Shown: positions 27,235-36,565, numbered from the stretch's first letter. The stretch is DNA of 51,185 nucleotides from Oscillospiraceae bacterium (GCA_017887695.1 JAGHHM010000071.1:1-51185), one strand, 5' to 3'. Numbers and translations are program-made. The notes: generated by a model not told the origin, from the sequence alone.

Positions 27235-27807
27235 ATGGAAACGAAGAACATTATGATCGTCGGCGTAGGCGGCCAAGGCACCCTCCTGGCCAGTAAGCTC
27301 CTGGGCCGTCTGCTGCTGGGCAAGGGCTATGACGTAAAGGTCAGCGAAGTCCATGGCATGAGTCAGCGGGGCGGCAGCGTGGTCACCTATGTCCGCTACG
27401 GCAGCAAGGTCTACTCCCCCATTATTGATAAGGGGGAGGCCGATATCATCCTCTCCTTTGAGCTGCTGGAAGCTGCCCGGTGGACGGAGTACCTCAAGCC
27501 CGGCGGAAAGATCATCACCAACACCCAGCAGGTCAACCCCATGCCCGTTATTACCGGCGCAGCCCAGTACCCCGACGGCCTGGTGGAGAAAATGCACTCC
27601 GCAGGCATGGATGTAGATGCCATTGACGCCCTCTCCCTGGCGGAGAAGGCAGGTTCCGCCAAGGCGGTAAACCTGGTGCTGATGGGCCGTCTCGCCAAAT
27701 GGTTTGATTTCTCTGACGAGGAATGGATGGCCGCTATCGAGCAGAGCGTCCCTGCCAAGTTCCTGGAGATGAACAAAAAGGCCTTTGCCCTGGGCCGGGA
27801 GGCATAA
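27235..27807 (+). CDS. iorB: indolepyruvate:ferredoxin oxidoreductase, beta subunit
   Basis: Frame of ORF 27160..27807. ATG at 27235 lies 5 nt after the iorA stop. IMIVGVGGQGTLLASK motif. 190 aa. Confidence 0.9.
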   Translation: METKNIMIVGVGGQGTLLASKLLGRLLLGKGYDVKVSEVHGMSQRGGSVVTYVRYGSKVYSPIIDKGEADIILSFELLEAARWTEYLKPGGKIITNTQQVNPMPVITGAAQYPDGLVEKMHSAGMDVDAIDALSLAEKAGSAKAVNLVLMGRLAKWFDFSDEEWMAAIEQSVPAKFLEMNKKAFALGREA

Positions 27808-27808
27808 C

Positions 27809-28174
27809 ATGTCCGGCTTTCTGCCTGTGGCCTTTGGGGGCGCTGTGGGGGCCTGCGGCCGCTACGCGGTGAGCCTTCTCCCATGGACCGGAAGTTTCCC
27901 TCTGGCCACCTTGTTTACCAATTTTCTGGGCGCGCTTCTCATCGGCTTTATCGCCGGACTCTCCGGGCGCCTGCCGGAGCAGTGGACCTTGTTCTGGAAA
28001 ACCGGAGTTTGCGGCGGCTTTACCACTTTTTCAACTTTCTCCCTGGAAAGCATGACCCTTCTGCGGGATGGACGATATGCTGCAGGAGCATTATACATCC
28101 TCCTCAGCGTTCTCCTCTGCCTTGGAGGCGTTTTTCTGGGACAGCGCATGAGTCAAATGATTCCCCGCACCTGA
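27809..28174 (+). CDS. crcB: fluoride ion channel CrcB/FluC
   Basis: Frame of ORF 27785..28174. ATG at 27809 lies 1 nt after the iorB stop. Motifs GGAVGACGRY, TNFLGALLIGF and GVCGGFTTFSTFS. Confidence 0.88.
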   Translation: MSGFLPVAFGGAVGACGRYAVSLLPWTGSFPLATLFTNFLGALLIGFIAGLSGRLPEQWTLFWKTGVCGGFTTFSTFSLESMTLLRDGRYAAGALYILLSVLLCLGGVFLGQRMSQMIPRT

Positions 28175-28202
28175 TTGGCGGGATGAAAGGAACATACAAC
28201 CT

Positions 28203-29501
28203 ATGGAACGTTACTACCAGCCTGAAATTGAGTGCGCCAGCCGGGAACAGATCCTGGCCTGGCAGAACGAGCGCCTCGTTAAGCAGGTGCAGCATGTGTG
28301 GGACTCCGTCCCCTACTACCGCAAGAAAATGGAAGAGAAGGGCGTCACTCCTGCTGACATCCAAAGCGTGGCCGACCTCCACAAGCTGCCCTTCCTTACG
28401 AAGGACGATCTGCGGGAGGCCTACCCCTACGGCCTGCTGGCCAAGCCCCTGAAGGACTGCGTCCGAATCCAGTCTACCTCCGGTACTACCGGACGGCGGG
28501 TGGTGGCTTTTTACACCCAGCACGACATTGACCTGTGGGAGGACTGCTGCGCCCGTGCCATTATGGCTGCCGGCGGCACCAATGAGGATGTGTGTCACGT
28601 TTCCTATGGCTACGGCCTCTTCACTGGTGGCCCCGGCCTTAACGGCGGCAGCCACAAGGTGGGGTGCCTGACCCTGCCTATGTCCTCCGGCAACACCGAC
28701 CGGCAGCTGCAATTCATGGTGGATCTGGGTTCCACTATTCTTTGCTGCACCCCCTCTTACGCCGCCTACCTGGCGGAAAGCATCCATGAGAGAGGCCTCC
28801 GGGACAAAATTAAGCTCAAGGCCGGCATCTTCGGCGCTGAAGCCTGGAGTGAGGAAATGCGCCGGGACATCGAAGCAAAGCTGGGCATCAAGGCCTATGA
28901 TATCTACGGTCTTACGGAAACCAGCGGTCCGGGCGTGGCCTTTGAATGCAGCGAACAGACCGGTATGCACATCAATGAGGACCACTTCATTGCTGAGATC
29001 ATCGACCCTGACACCGGCGAGGTCCTGCCGGAAGGCAGCAAGGGCGAACTGGTATTTACCTCCATTACCAAGGAGGCCTTCCCTCTCCTGCGCTACCGGA
29101 CCCGGGATATCTGCATTCTCTCCCGTAAAAAGTGTTCCTGCGGCCGCACTTTCGTAAAGATGTGCAAGCCTATGGGCCGTAGCGATGATATGCTCATCGT
29201 CAAGGGTGTGAACGTGTTCCCCTCCCAGATCGAAACCGTTCTTCTGGAGCAGGGCTATCCCGCCAACTATCAGATCATCGTTGACCGCGTCAACAACAGC
29301 GATACCCTGGAGGTCATGGTGGAAATGACCCCGGAGAACTTCTCCGACTCCCTGGCCAAGATCACCGATATGGAGAAATCCCTGGTGGCTGCATTGAAGG
29401 CCATGCTGGGCATCTATGCCAAGGTCCGCCTGGTGGCCCCCAAGTCCATTGCCCGCAGCGAAGGCAAGGCCGTGCGTGTTATCGACAAGCGCAAGATTTG
29501 A
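28203..29501 (+). CDS. paaK: phenylacetate--CoA ligase family protein
   Basis: ORF 28203..29501. PaaK-type N-terminus (YYQPEIECASREQILAWQNERL), the STSGTTGRRV motif, and a size of 432 aa. Confidence 0.9.
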   Translation: MERYYQPEIECASREQILAWQNERLVKQVQHVWDSVPYYRKKMEEKGVTPADIQSVADLHKLPFLTKDDLREAYPYGLLAKPLKDCVRIQSTSGTTGRRVVAFYTQHDIDLWEDCCARAIMAAGGTNEDVCHVSYGYGLFTGGPGLNGGSHKVGCLTLPMSSGNTDRQLQFMVDLGSTILCCTPSYAAYLAESIHERGLRDKIKLKAGIFGAEAWSEEMRRDIEAKLGIKAYDIYGLTETSGPGVAFECSEQTGMHINEDHFIAEIIDPDTGEVLPEGSKGELVFTSITKEAFPLLRYRTRDICILSRKKCSCGRTFVKMCKPMGRSDDMLIVKGVNVFPSQIETVLLEQGYPANYQIIVDRVNNSDTLEVMVEMTPENFSDSLAKITDMEKSLVAALKAMLGIYAKVRLVAPKSIARSEGKAVRVIDKRKI

Positions 29502-29518
29502 GAAGGGAGCGAACTGAC

Positions 29519-29950
29519 ATGACCATTCATCAGATCTCTGTATTTCTGGAAAACCGGGCTGGCCAGCTGGCCGAGATCACCGGTATCCTGGCCCAGAAGG
29601 GAATTGACCTTCGTGCCATTAACATCGCTGAGACCAGCGACTACGGCGTTCTCCGCCTGATCGCTGACAAGCCCCAAGAGGCGGCCGCTACCCTACTGGA
29701 GCACGGCTTCATCCTGTCCATGACCCCGGTGGTGGCGGTGAGTGTTCCCGACGTACCCGGCGGCCTGGCCAAGGTGCTGGACGTGCTGGCCAATGAGAAC
29801 ATCGACGTGGAGTATATGTACTCCGTATTCGGACAGGTAAATGGCCTGGCCCATATGGTGTTCCGTGTTGGGGACACAGAAAAGCTTCTTACCGTCCTGA
29901 AATCCAACGGTGTAGAGCCTATCTCCAGCGAGAACCTTGGCATCCGATAA
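29519..29950 (+). CDS. ACT domain-containing protein (tandem ACT, amino-acid binding)
   Basis: Frame of ORF 29498..29950. ATG at 29519 follows GAAGGGAG. ISVFLENRAGQLAEITGILAQKGIDLRAINI is a classic ACT fold. This type is commonly found next to paaK. Confidence 0.85.
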   Translation: MTIHQISVFLENRAGQLAEITGILAQKGIDLRAINIAETSDYGVLRLIADKPQEAAATLLEHGFILSMTPVVAVSVPDVPGGLAKVLDVLANENIDVEYMYSVFGQVNGLAHMVFRVGDTEKLLTVLKSNGVEPISSENLGIR

Positions 29951-30010
29951 GCAGCAGGAAATATCCATTCTTTATAGAAGCCAAGCGCTCCGTTAAAGGG
30001 GGAAACCGAC

Positions 30011-30172
30011 ATGCTCATCATAGCAGCCGCCATTTGCTCCTGTGTCGCCTATTTAACCGGCGCAGCGATCGAAAATGAGCCGGGCGTCAATTTGCCTGGC
30101 TTCGGGATCGCCCTGACCATCATTACAATGGGGATATTCATTATGGTTCAGATCAGGATGAGCAAAAAGTGA
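30011..30172 (+). CDS. candidate 53-aa two-TM small membrane protein
   Basis: Below the ORF-track cut-off. ATG at 30011 follows AAAGGGGGA. Sequence MLIIAAAICSCVAYLTGAAIENEPGVNLPGFGIALTIITMGIFIMVQIRMSKK. Confidence 0.4.
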   Translation: MLIIAAAICSCVAYLTGAAIENEPGVNLPGFGIALTIITMGIFIMVQIRMSKK

Positions 30173-30243
30173 CAAATCCAACGGCCTCCCCATCTATGCT
30201 TACCCTGACCTTGAGAAGACTATCAATCGTATTGTCATCTCCA

Positions 30244-30276
30244 ACGCAAAACACCGTTTTGCGTAAAAGTTCTTTT
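30244..30276 (+). terminator. weak terminator-like hairpin after the ior-paaK operon
   Basis: 9-bp stem ACGCAAAAC / GTTTTGCGT. The T-run is displaced (AAAAGTTCTTTTT). Confidence 0.4.
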
Positions 30277-30332
30277 TGATTCTTTTTCTTTCAAGAAAAA
30301 GAATGAATACCCATGAGAAAGGACAAATCACC

Positions 30333-31499
30333 ATGCAGGAAATGAGCAGAAAGAACAAAATGTTCACTGATTCCGTTATTCGCCGCATGACCCGCATCGC
30401 CATTGACTGCGGCGCCATCAACCTGGCCCAGGGCTTCCCTGATTTTGATCCCCCCAAGGCCATGCTGGATCGGTTGGCGGAAGTGAGCTATGAGGGACCT
30501 CACCAGTATCCCATCACCATGGGCGCCCCCAATTTCCGGGAGGCCCTGGCCCGTAAGTGCGGCCGTTTCATGGGCCGCAAGCTGGATCCCAACACGGAAA
30601 TGGTGGTGACCATCGGCTCCACAGAGGCTATGGTGGATACTATCTTTGCCCTTACCAATCCCGGCGACAAAATCATCATGTTCTCCCCCTACTTTGAGAA
30701 CTACCGGGCCCAGGCCATCATGGCCGATTGCGAGCCCATCTTCGTTCCCCTGGTACCCCCCACCTTTAACTTTGACCCCAACGTCCTGGAGGACGCCTTC
30801 AAGCAGGGCGCCAAGGCTATCCTTATTTGCAACCCCTCCAATCCCAGCGGCAAAGTGTTCACCTATGACGAGCTCAAACTCATTGCTGACCTGTGCATCA
30901 AGTACGACGTCTATGCCATCATGGACGAGGTCTATGAGCACATCATCTACGACGGCCACAAGCACGTCTATATGAACAGCCTGCCTGGTATGTGGGAGCG
31001 TACCGTCAGCTGCTCCAGCCTCTCCAAGACCTATTCCATCACTGGCTGGCGTTTGGGTTATGCCATTGCCCCCCAGCCCATCATGGAGCGTATCAAGCAG
31101 TACCACGACTTCAACACCGTGGGTGCCCCTGCTCCTTTGATGGAGGCCGCCGTGGTAGGCCTGGATATGCCTGACAGCTACTACGAGGAGTTTGGCGCCC
31201 ACTACGCCCACATGAAGAAAATCTTTACCGACGGCCTAAAGAGCATCGGTATCCCCTTCACTGATCCTCAGGGCGCCTACTTCGTCCTGGCCAACATCGG
31301 GCCTTACATGAAACCCGGCCAGAGCGACGTCCAATTCTGTGAGGAATTGGCCCACAAGGTCGGCGTAGCCTGTGTGCCTGGCACCTCCTTCTTCATGGAA
31401 AATGTCAACGACATTGTCCGCGTCCACTTTGCCAAGAAGGACGAGACTCTCTACGAGGCCCTCAACCGTCTGGCGGACATTAAGAAGAAAATGGCGTAA
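30333..31499 (+). CDS. class I/II PLP-dependent aminotransferase
   Basis: Frame of ORF 30276..31499. ATG at 30333 follows GAAAGGA (alternative ATG at 30303). MFTDSVIRRMTRIA..INLAQGFPDFDPP is typical of YbdL/kynurenine-type aminotransferases. SLSKTYSITGWRLGY contains the PLP lysine. Confidence 0.88.
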   Translation: MQEMSRKNKMFTDSVIRRMTRIAIDCGAINLAQGFPDFDPPKAMLDRLAEVSYEGPHQYPITMGAPNFREALARKCGRFMGRKLDPNTEMVVTIGSTEAMVDTIFALTNPGDKIIMFSPYFENYRAQAIMADCEPIFVPLVPPTFNFDPNVLEDAFKQGAKAILICNPSNPSGKVFTYDELKLIADLCIKYDVYAIMDEVYEHIIYDGHKHVYMNSLPGMWERTVSCSSLSKTYSITGWRLGYAIAPQPIMERIKQYHDFNTVGAPAPLMEAAVVGLDMPDSYYEEFGAHYAHMKKIFTDGLKSIGIPFTDPQGAYFVLANIGPYMKPGQSDVQFCEELAHKVGVACVPGTSFFMENVNDIVRVHFAKKDETLYEALNRLADIKKKMA

Positions 31500-31527
31500 A
31501 GGTGTCACTAACATCGCTAAATATCAA

Positions 31528-31556
31528 AAGCCGGGCTGGCATTGCCAGCCCGGCTT
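31528..31556. terminator. bidirectional intrinsic terminator
   Basis: 13-bp stem AAGCCGGGCTGGC / GCCAGCCCGGCTT with a 3-nt loop, between convergent genes. Confidence 0.8.
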
Positions 31557-31567
31557 CCCTTTTACTG

Positions 31568-32149
31568 TCATATCGCCTCTCCAGGGTGGACGATCCGCTT
31601 TACCCACTCCCGGCGGATCTCCCAGAGATTTCCGCAGACATTGAAAATTCCCCAATGATCGATGGTAAATACCCGCTTCCAGCTCTCCCGGATTCGCTGC
31701 GTCTCCTCGGGATATTTCCCGGCATAGCGGCCCTGAAAAAATTGGAAACCATCACTGAAGCCCTTCTTTTGCAGATCTGCCTTGTAGGCAGCAGCATCTT
31801 CAGGCCCCTCCGGCAGGTAGATCCGGTTGAGAACATAGTCCCATTTGGCTTCATCAAAGTAAATCACTTGCTCCTGGGGTACCTCCAGCACATAGACTAC
31901 CGTTCCCTCAATGGGTTTCAAGCAATTCTCACGGCTGATAGAGCACCAGATGGGTAACTCTACATCCGCTGGCCGAGGAACCCGCTTGGCTGCCTCTGCC
32001 GCAAACCAATCATAGCTTTCCAGGAATAAATCTGCACAGTCCCCAAAATGGAGGCGGACAAACAGCCTCCGGTTAATGATTCGCCCATCCCGTTCCAACT
32101 GGGCCAGCGTTTTATCATTCTGTCGGGTATACAGTGTTACTTGCGCCAT
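31568..32149 (-). CDS. DUF3841 domain protein
   Basis: Frame of ORF 31568..32212. ATG at 32149 follows AAGGAAGGGGG. The DUF3841 call is from memory of the family (about 190 aa, VTLYTRQ.. start, W-rich C-terminus). Confidence 0.6.
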   Translation of the reverse strand: MAQVTLYTRQNDKTLAQLERDGRIINRRLFVRLHFGDCADLFLESYDWFAAEAAKRVPRPADVELPIWCSISRENCLKPIEGTVVYVLEVPQEQVIYFDEAKWDYVLNRIYLPEGPEDAAAYKADLQKKGFSDGFQFFQGRYAGKYPEETQRIRESWKRVFTIDHWGIFNVCGNLWEIRREWVKRIVHPGEAI

Positions 32150-32353
32150 TTTTCCATCGCCCCCTTCCTTGTTTCTTATTTTTATCATACCTGATAGGCC
32201 GAAAAAGGTCAACCATGCGCTCTGGAAAGAAATTCTTGAAGAAGGCGGCAGTATTGTGGTACAATAACCTCCATCCTACTGTCATATCGGCCGTCCTATG
32301 GGGCGGCTGCTTTCGCCGGAGTAGCTCCCGGCCTCTATAAAGGAGTGCAGCTT

Positions 32354-34099
32354 ATGAATCTCTCTACCGCCAGCCGGACCTATCAACTCCTGACCCGTAT
32401 TTTTGATGTGCGAAATGCCACAGAACCATTTCTTCCTCCCAGGGCCGAGAAAGCTTCTCTGCCTCTTCGTGATCCGCAGCAGCCTTTTCCCAGAGTCACC
32501 CCCGAATCTCAGGGCATCTCTTCTGACCATATCCGTAAATTTCTGGAGGAATTGGGGCGAGGCGGCGATCTTTTCATGCAGGATGTGTTGGTCCTTCGCC
32601 GTGGGCAGCTGCTGTGTGCTGCCAGCTATGGCAGCCAAGTGATTACTGCCCCCAAGCACACCTTTTCTGCCTGCAAAAGCATTACCTCCCTGGCGATCGG
32701 GCTTCTGGTAGATGACGGCCTTCTGCATCTGGATGACAAGGTAGCGGATCTTTTTGAGGATTTGGCTACTGCCACTGTACGCCGCCGACTGAAAAATATG
32801 TCGGTGGAGGATCTTCTCACCATGCGCGCCGGGGTCATCTTTGGAGAAGCAGAAGCCCTGTCAGAGCAGGACTGGGTGCGTGCTTTTCTTAACTCTTCCC
32901 TGAAAGGCGAGCCGGGGACGGAATTTTACTACAACAGCCTCAATACCTACATGCTCTCTGCCATCGTCCTGCGCAAAACCGGAAAAAAACTCACGGATTT
33001 CCTCCAGGAGCGGTTCTTTGGCCCTATGGGGATCACTGACATACTTTGGGAGACTTGCCCCGCCGGCATTGAAAAGGGCGGCTGGGGCCTCTATATCCGT
33101 CCGGAGGACATTGCCAAGCTGGGCCAGCTGGTGATGGACGAGGGGATGTGGCATGGCCAACAGCTGATCTCTGCGGAATATATCCGCGCCGCTACTTCTG
33201 CTCATGCCAGTCCCCCGCTGGAACTGGGAGATTTTGACTACGGTTACCAGATCTGGGTGGGCCGGAAATCCCCTGCGTTCCTCTTCAACGGTATGCTGGG
33301 ACAAAATGTTCTGGGATTCCGAAACAGCGGTATCCTGTTAGTCACCAATGCAGGAGCGGATACAGACTACCAAGAAAGCCGGTACTTTGAAATTGTAGAT
33401 CGTTATTTTGGCGGGGATTTCCCTGATTTTCTGCCAGAGGATCCTGATGCATATGCCCAGCTGCAAAATACTGTTACCAAACTTTCTTCCTATCACAGCG
33501 CCCCCCTGCCTCTGGATCAAAAGGCAGAGCCTTTCCTGGACCAGAGCTTCGATGCCAATGATCCAAAGGCTGCCTCCGTCGGCATTCTGCCCGTGGCACT
33601 CCAGGCGCTTCACAACAACTATGCTTCAGGCCTCACATCGATTGCCGTCAGCGTTCGGGGAGGACAACCGGAATTGATCTATCGTGAGAAGGACGCTACT
33701 CACAGACTGCCGGTGGGGCTGGGCCGCCCTGAAATCAGCCAGCTTAATTTCCATGGGAATGTATTTCAGGTTGCGGCCTCCGGGCGGTTTACACACGACG
33801 AGGAAGAGCGCCCTGTATTCTATATCCAACTGGCTTTCCTGGAAACGCCCAGTGTCCGGACCATCAAACTGATCCGGACACCGGAGGGGTTGCTGCTGCG
33901 GCAAACAGAAACTCCCGGCGTACCCTACATTTACAAAAAGCTGCGCAAAGCCGCCGATGCAACTCTCTACAAGCCTCTGCTGCTTTTGGCGCTGGGAGGC
34001 ACAGAGGATGACTATCTTCGTTATAAGGCCATCCAACTGATCTCTCCGGAAATTTCTCTACGCCCGAACTGTAAAGCGTTTTCACTTTATATGTATTGA
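32354..34099 (+). CDS. serine hydrolase, beta-lactamase (class C/PBP-like) family with C-terminal extension
   Basis: Frame of ORF 32345..34099. ATG at 32354 lies 9 nt after AAGGAG. S-x-x-K motif SACKSITS and a YNS (YxN) motif. Confidence 0.8.
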   Translation: MNLSTASRTYQLLTRIFDVRNATEPFLPPRAEKASLPLRDPQQPFPRVTPESQGISSDHIRKFLEELGRGGDLFMQDVLVLRRGQLLCAASYGSQVITAPKHTFSACKSITSLAIGLLVDDGLLHLDDKVADLFEDLATATVRRRLKNMSVEDLLTMRAGVIFGEAEALSEQDWVRAFLNSSLKGEPGTEFYYNSLNTYMLSAIVLRKTGKKLTDFLQERFFGPMGITDILWETCPAGIEKGGWGLYIRPEDIAKLGQLVMDEGMWHGQQLISAEYIRAATSAHASPPLELGDFDYGYQIWVGRKSPAFLFNGMLGQNVLGFRNSGILLVTNAGADTDYQESRYFEIVDRYFGGDFPDFLPEDPDAYAQLQNTVTKLSSYHSAPLPLDQKAEPFLDQSFDANDPKAASVGILPVALQALHNNYASGLTSIAVSVRGGQPELIYREKDATHRLPVGLGRPEISQLNFHGNVFQVAASGRFTHDEEERPVFYIQLAFLETPSVRTIKLIRTPEGLLLRQTETPGVPYIYKKLRKAADATLYKPLLLLALGGTEDDYLRYKAIQLISPEISLRPNCKAFSLYMY

Positions 34100-34113
34100 T
34101 TTATAAGAAATTT

Positions 34114-34157
34114 AAGCACAGGCTTCAGGATATTTCCATGTCCTGAAGCCTGTGCTT
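34114..34157. terminator. bidirectional intrinsic terminator
   Basis: 17-bp perfect stem AAGCACAGGCTTCAGGA / TCCTGAAGCCTGTGCTT with a 10-nt loop, flanked by A/T runs, between convergent genes. Confidence 0.85.
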
Positions 34158-34171
34158 ATTTATCGGAGAGT

Positions 34172-36541
34172 TTATGAGCCTCCCTTTTCCCATTCAGACT
34201 TCTTGCCAGTCTTACCGGAAGCTTTTCCGTTTGCTATCCGCACCAGACAGTCCGCAAGGGCTTCCGGCAATCGGCCGCCGCTGTTAATGACGATATGGCG
34301 CACAGGAGCATTCACCGCACAGGAAAGCAACATTTTGTATTCCGGAGAGTCTTTGTCACCGCCACACTGCCTGGATACCACTTTCTCCGTAATCACATAG
34401 GCCAAGGCAAACAATCTGGATGCTACCCGCATTTCCATCAGAGTAGAATTACGCCCAAAGTCGCCCTTCTTGGGTTCAGGTTCCACCCCAATCGTCCTGC
34501 CCATAAGCGCCTCCCACTCTTCTCTGGCAGGGACACCCCGCAGCGTCTTATACCAAGAGCCTTTCTGCCATACGGGAACCTCCAGATTCTCTCCGGGAAT
34601 TTCCCGTTCTGCTGCCAGACGAATATCCCTGCAAGATGCCCCTATCAGCAGCCGGTACCGCCCTCCTGCAATTTGCCAGCCCTTCTGCCAGATAGAAAAA
34701 TCTCTCTGATTCAGAGAAAAAGTCACAGTTTTTTGTTCTCCGGGCTCCAAATAAATCTTTTTAAAGCCCCGCAGCTCCTTGGCCGGACGATAGGGACCAT
34801 CCTCCGGCGGTGCAAGATAGAGCTGTACTACCTCTGCCCCAGCCTGATTACCGATATTCGTAACTGTGGCGGAAACCCGCAGGTCTGTTCCCTCTCCCTC
34901 TACCTGGAGATTACTGTATGCGAAATCCGTGTAGGTAAGGCCGAATCCAAAGGGAAACCGCACCGGCACTCCGGCGCTCTCATAATAGCGATACCCCACA
35001 TAGACGCCTTCCCGATACTCCGCAGCCTTTTTTCCGAAGGTATCCCGGCAGATCACGTCAGAAAGGGAGAAAGGCCAGCTTTCCGCCAACCTGCCCGAAG
35101 GCGCCGCCTCTCCAGTGAGAAGGCGGGCTGCGGCCTCTCCGCCAGCTTGCCCGGGAAGGCCCATATACAAAATCGCAGCCACTTTGTCCTGCCAGGGAAG
35201 CTCCATCACACCGCCGCCCAGAAGTACAACCACCGTTCTGGGATTAGCTGCTGCTACTGCCTCGATCATTCGATTGTGACCCTCGGGCAATGCCAGGTTC
35301 TCCCGATCAAAGCCCTCAGACTCATAGGAAGCAGGAAGACCTGCCACTACTACCGCCACCCGCACTGCTTTGGCAGCCCGAACCGCCTGTGCCAGCCCTT
35401 CCTCTGTTACCGTCCCATCCGCTCCGCAGCAAGGTATCCAGGGTACTTGAGGCAAAGCATCTGTAAGCTGTGTCAATCGAGTGGGATTGATGTGGCTGCT
35501 GCCAGCCCCCTGGTATCGCATATCCCCTGCCATATGGCCGATAAGAACCATGTCCTCCCCTTTGCATGGAAGAATGCCATCCCGATTTTGGAGCAGCACC
35601 GCCCCAGCCTCCGCTATTTCCCGGGCCAGTCGATGGTGGGCCTCCGTGTTAAAGGCACCGTGCCTGCGGATACGGCTGGACTCCAGCACCAGTGTCAATA
35701 TTCTGTCCACAGATTGATCTATATCAAGTTCCGACAAGGTCCCTTCCTTTATAGCTCGAAGCACTGCCTTTTCCATATAGGTACTGCCGCCAGGCATATT
35801 CAGATCGCAGCCGGCCCGGAATGCAGCTACCCGGTCATTCATGGCTCCCCAGTCGGTCATTACCAGGCCGTCAAATCCCCATTCTTCCCGCAGTACCTTG
35901 GTCAACAGCCAATGGTTATCACTGCAAAACACACCGTTAAGGCGGGGGTAAGCACACATTACGGTTCGGGGATTTCCTTCCTTCACAGCAATCTCAAAGC
36001 TCCTGAGATAGATTTCCCGCAAAGTTCGCTCATCTGCCAGGCTATTGCCGTTGTCCCGGAAAGCCTCCTGGTTATTGGCAGCAAAGTGCTTGAGACTGCA
36101 CGCCACGCCTTCCGCCTGTTCTCCCCGGATCCAGGCAGCGGCCAGTTTGCCGGAAAGCAGCGGATCTTCAGAAAAGTACTCAAAATTCCGGCCGCACCGT
36201 GGATCCCGCTTGATATTGGCTCCGGGTCCCAGAACCGCTGAGAGGCCCAGGGCGGCCCCCTCCTCCCCGATAGCTCTTCCCTCCTGCTCCAGAAGGCATG
36301 GATCCCATGTGGCTGCGGCAGTTACTGCTGTTGGAAAGCAGGTTGATGGCAGAGAATTGTTCAGTCCCAGCATATCCCCCCGTCCCGCCTGGCAGCGCAC
36401 ACCGTGAGGGCCATCCGAAACCTTTACCGCCGGGATCCCCTGCCGGGACAGCTCCCGTGTATGCCAAAAATCTCCTCCGGTACACAGGCGAATCTTCTCT
36501 TTCAGAGTCAATTTCTGGATCAGACCATTATGTCGCAGCAT
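34172..36541 (-). CDS. bglX: glycoside hydrolase family 3 beta-glucosidase
   Basis: ORF 34172..36541. GH3 N-terminal motifs (KVSDGPHGVR, GLVMTDWGA with the nucleophile Asp), a GH3 C-terminal domain and an Fn3-like domain. Confidence 0.9.
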   Translation of the reverse strand: MLRHNGLIQKLTLKEKIRLCTGGDFWHTRELSRQGIPAVKVSDGPHGVRCQAGRGDMLGLNNSLPSTCFPTAVTAAATWDPCLLEQEGRAIGEEGAALGLSAVLGPGANIKRDPRCGRNFEYFSEDPLLSGKLAAAWIRGEQAEGVACSLKHFAANNQEAFRDNGNSLADERTLREIYLRSFEIAVKEGNPRTVMCAYPRLNGVFCSDNHWLLTKVLREEWGFDGLVMTDWGAMNDRVAAFRAGCDLNMPGGSTYMEKAVLRAIKEGTLSELDIDQSVDRILTLVLESSRIRRHGAFNTEAHHRLAREIAEAGAVLLQNRDGILPCKGEDMVLIGHMAGDMRYQGAGSSHINPTRLTQLTDALPQVPWIPCCGADGTVTEEGLAQAVRAAKAVRVAVVVAGLPASYESEGFDRENLALPEGHNRMIEAVAAANPRTVVVLLGGGVMELPWQDKVAAILYMGLPGQAGGEAAARLLTGEAAPSGRLAESWPFSLSDVICRDTFGKKAAEYREGVYVGYRYYESAGVPVRFPFGFGLTYTDFAYSNLQVEGEGTDLRVSATVTNIGNQAGAEVVQLYLAPPEDGPYRPAKELRGFKKIYLEPGEQKTVTFSLNQRDFSIWQKGWQIAGGRYRLLIGASCRDIRLAAEREIPGENLEVPVWQKGSWYKTLRGVPAREEWEALMGRTIGVEPEPKKGDFGRNSTLMEMRVASRLFALAYVITEKVVSRQCGGDKDSPEYKMLLSCAVNAPVRHIVINSGGRLPEALADCLVRIANGKASGKTGKKSEWEKGGS

Positions 36542-36565
36542 GTCAATTCATCTCCTTTGCAAACA

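Noticed and set aside
27700-27810. Fluoride riboswitch in front of crcB
   Set aside because: crcB starts 1 nt after iorB, so there is no intergenic space and no crcB-motif sequence.
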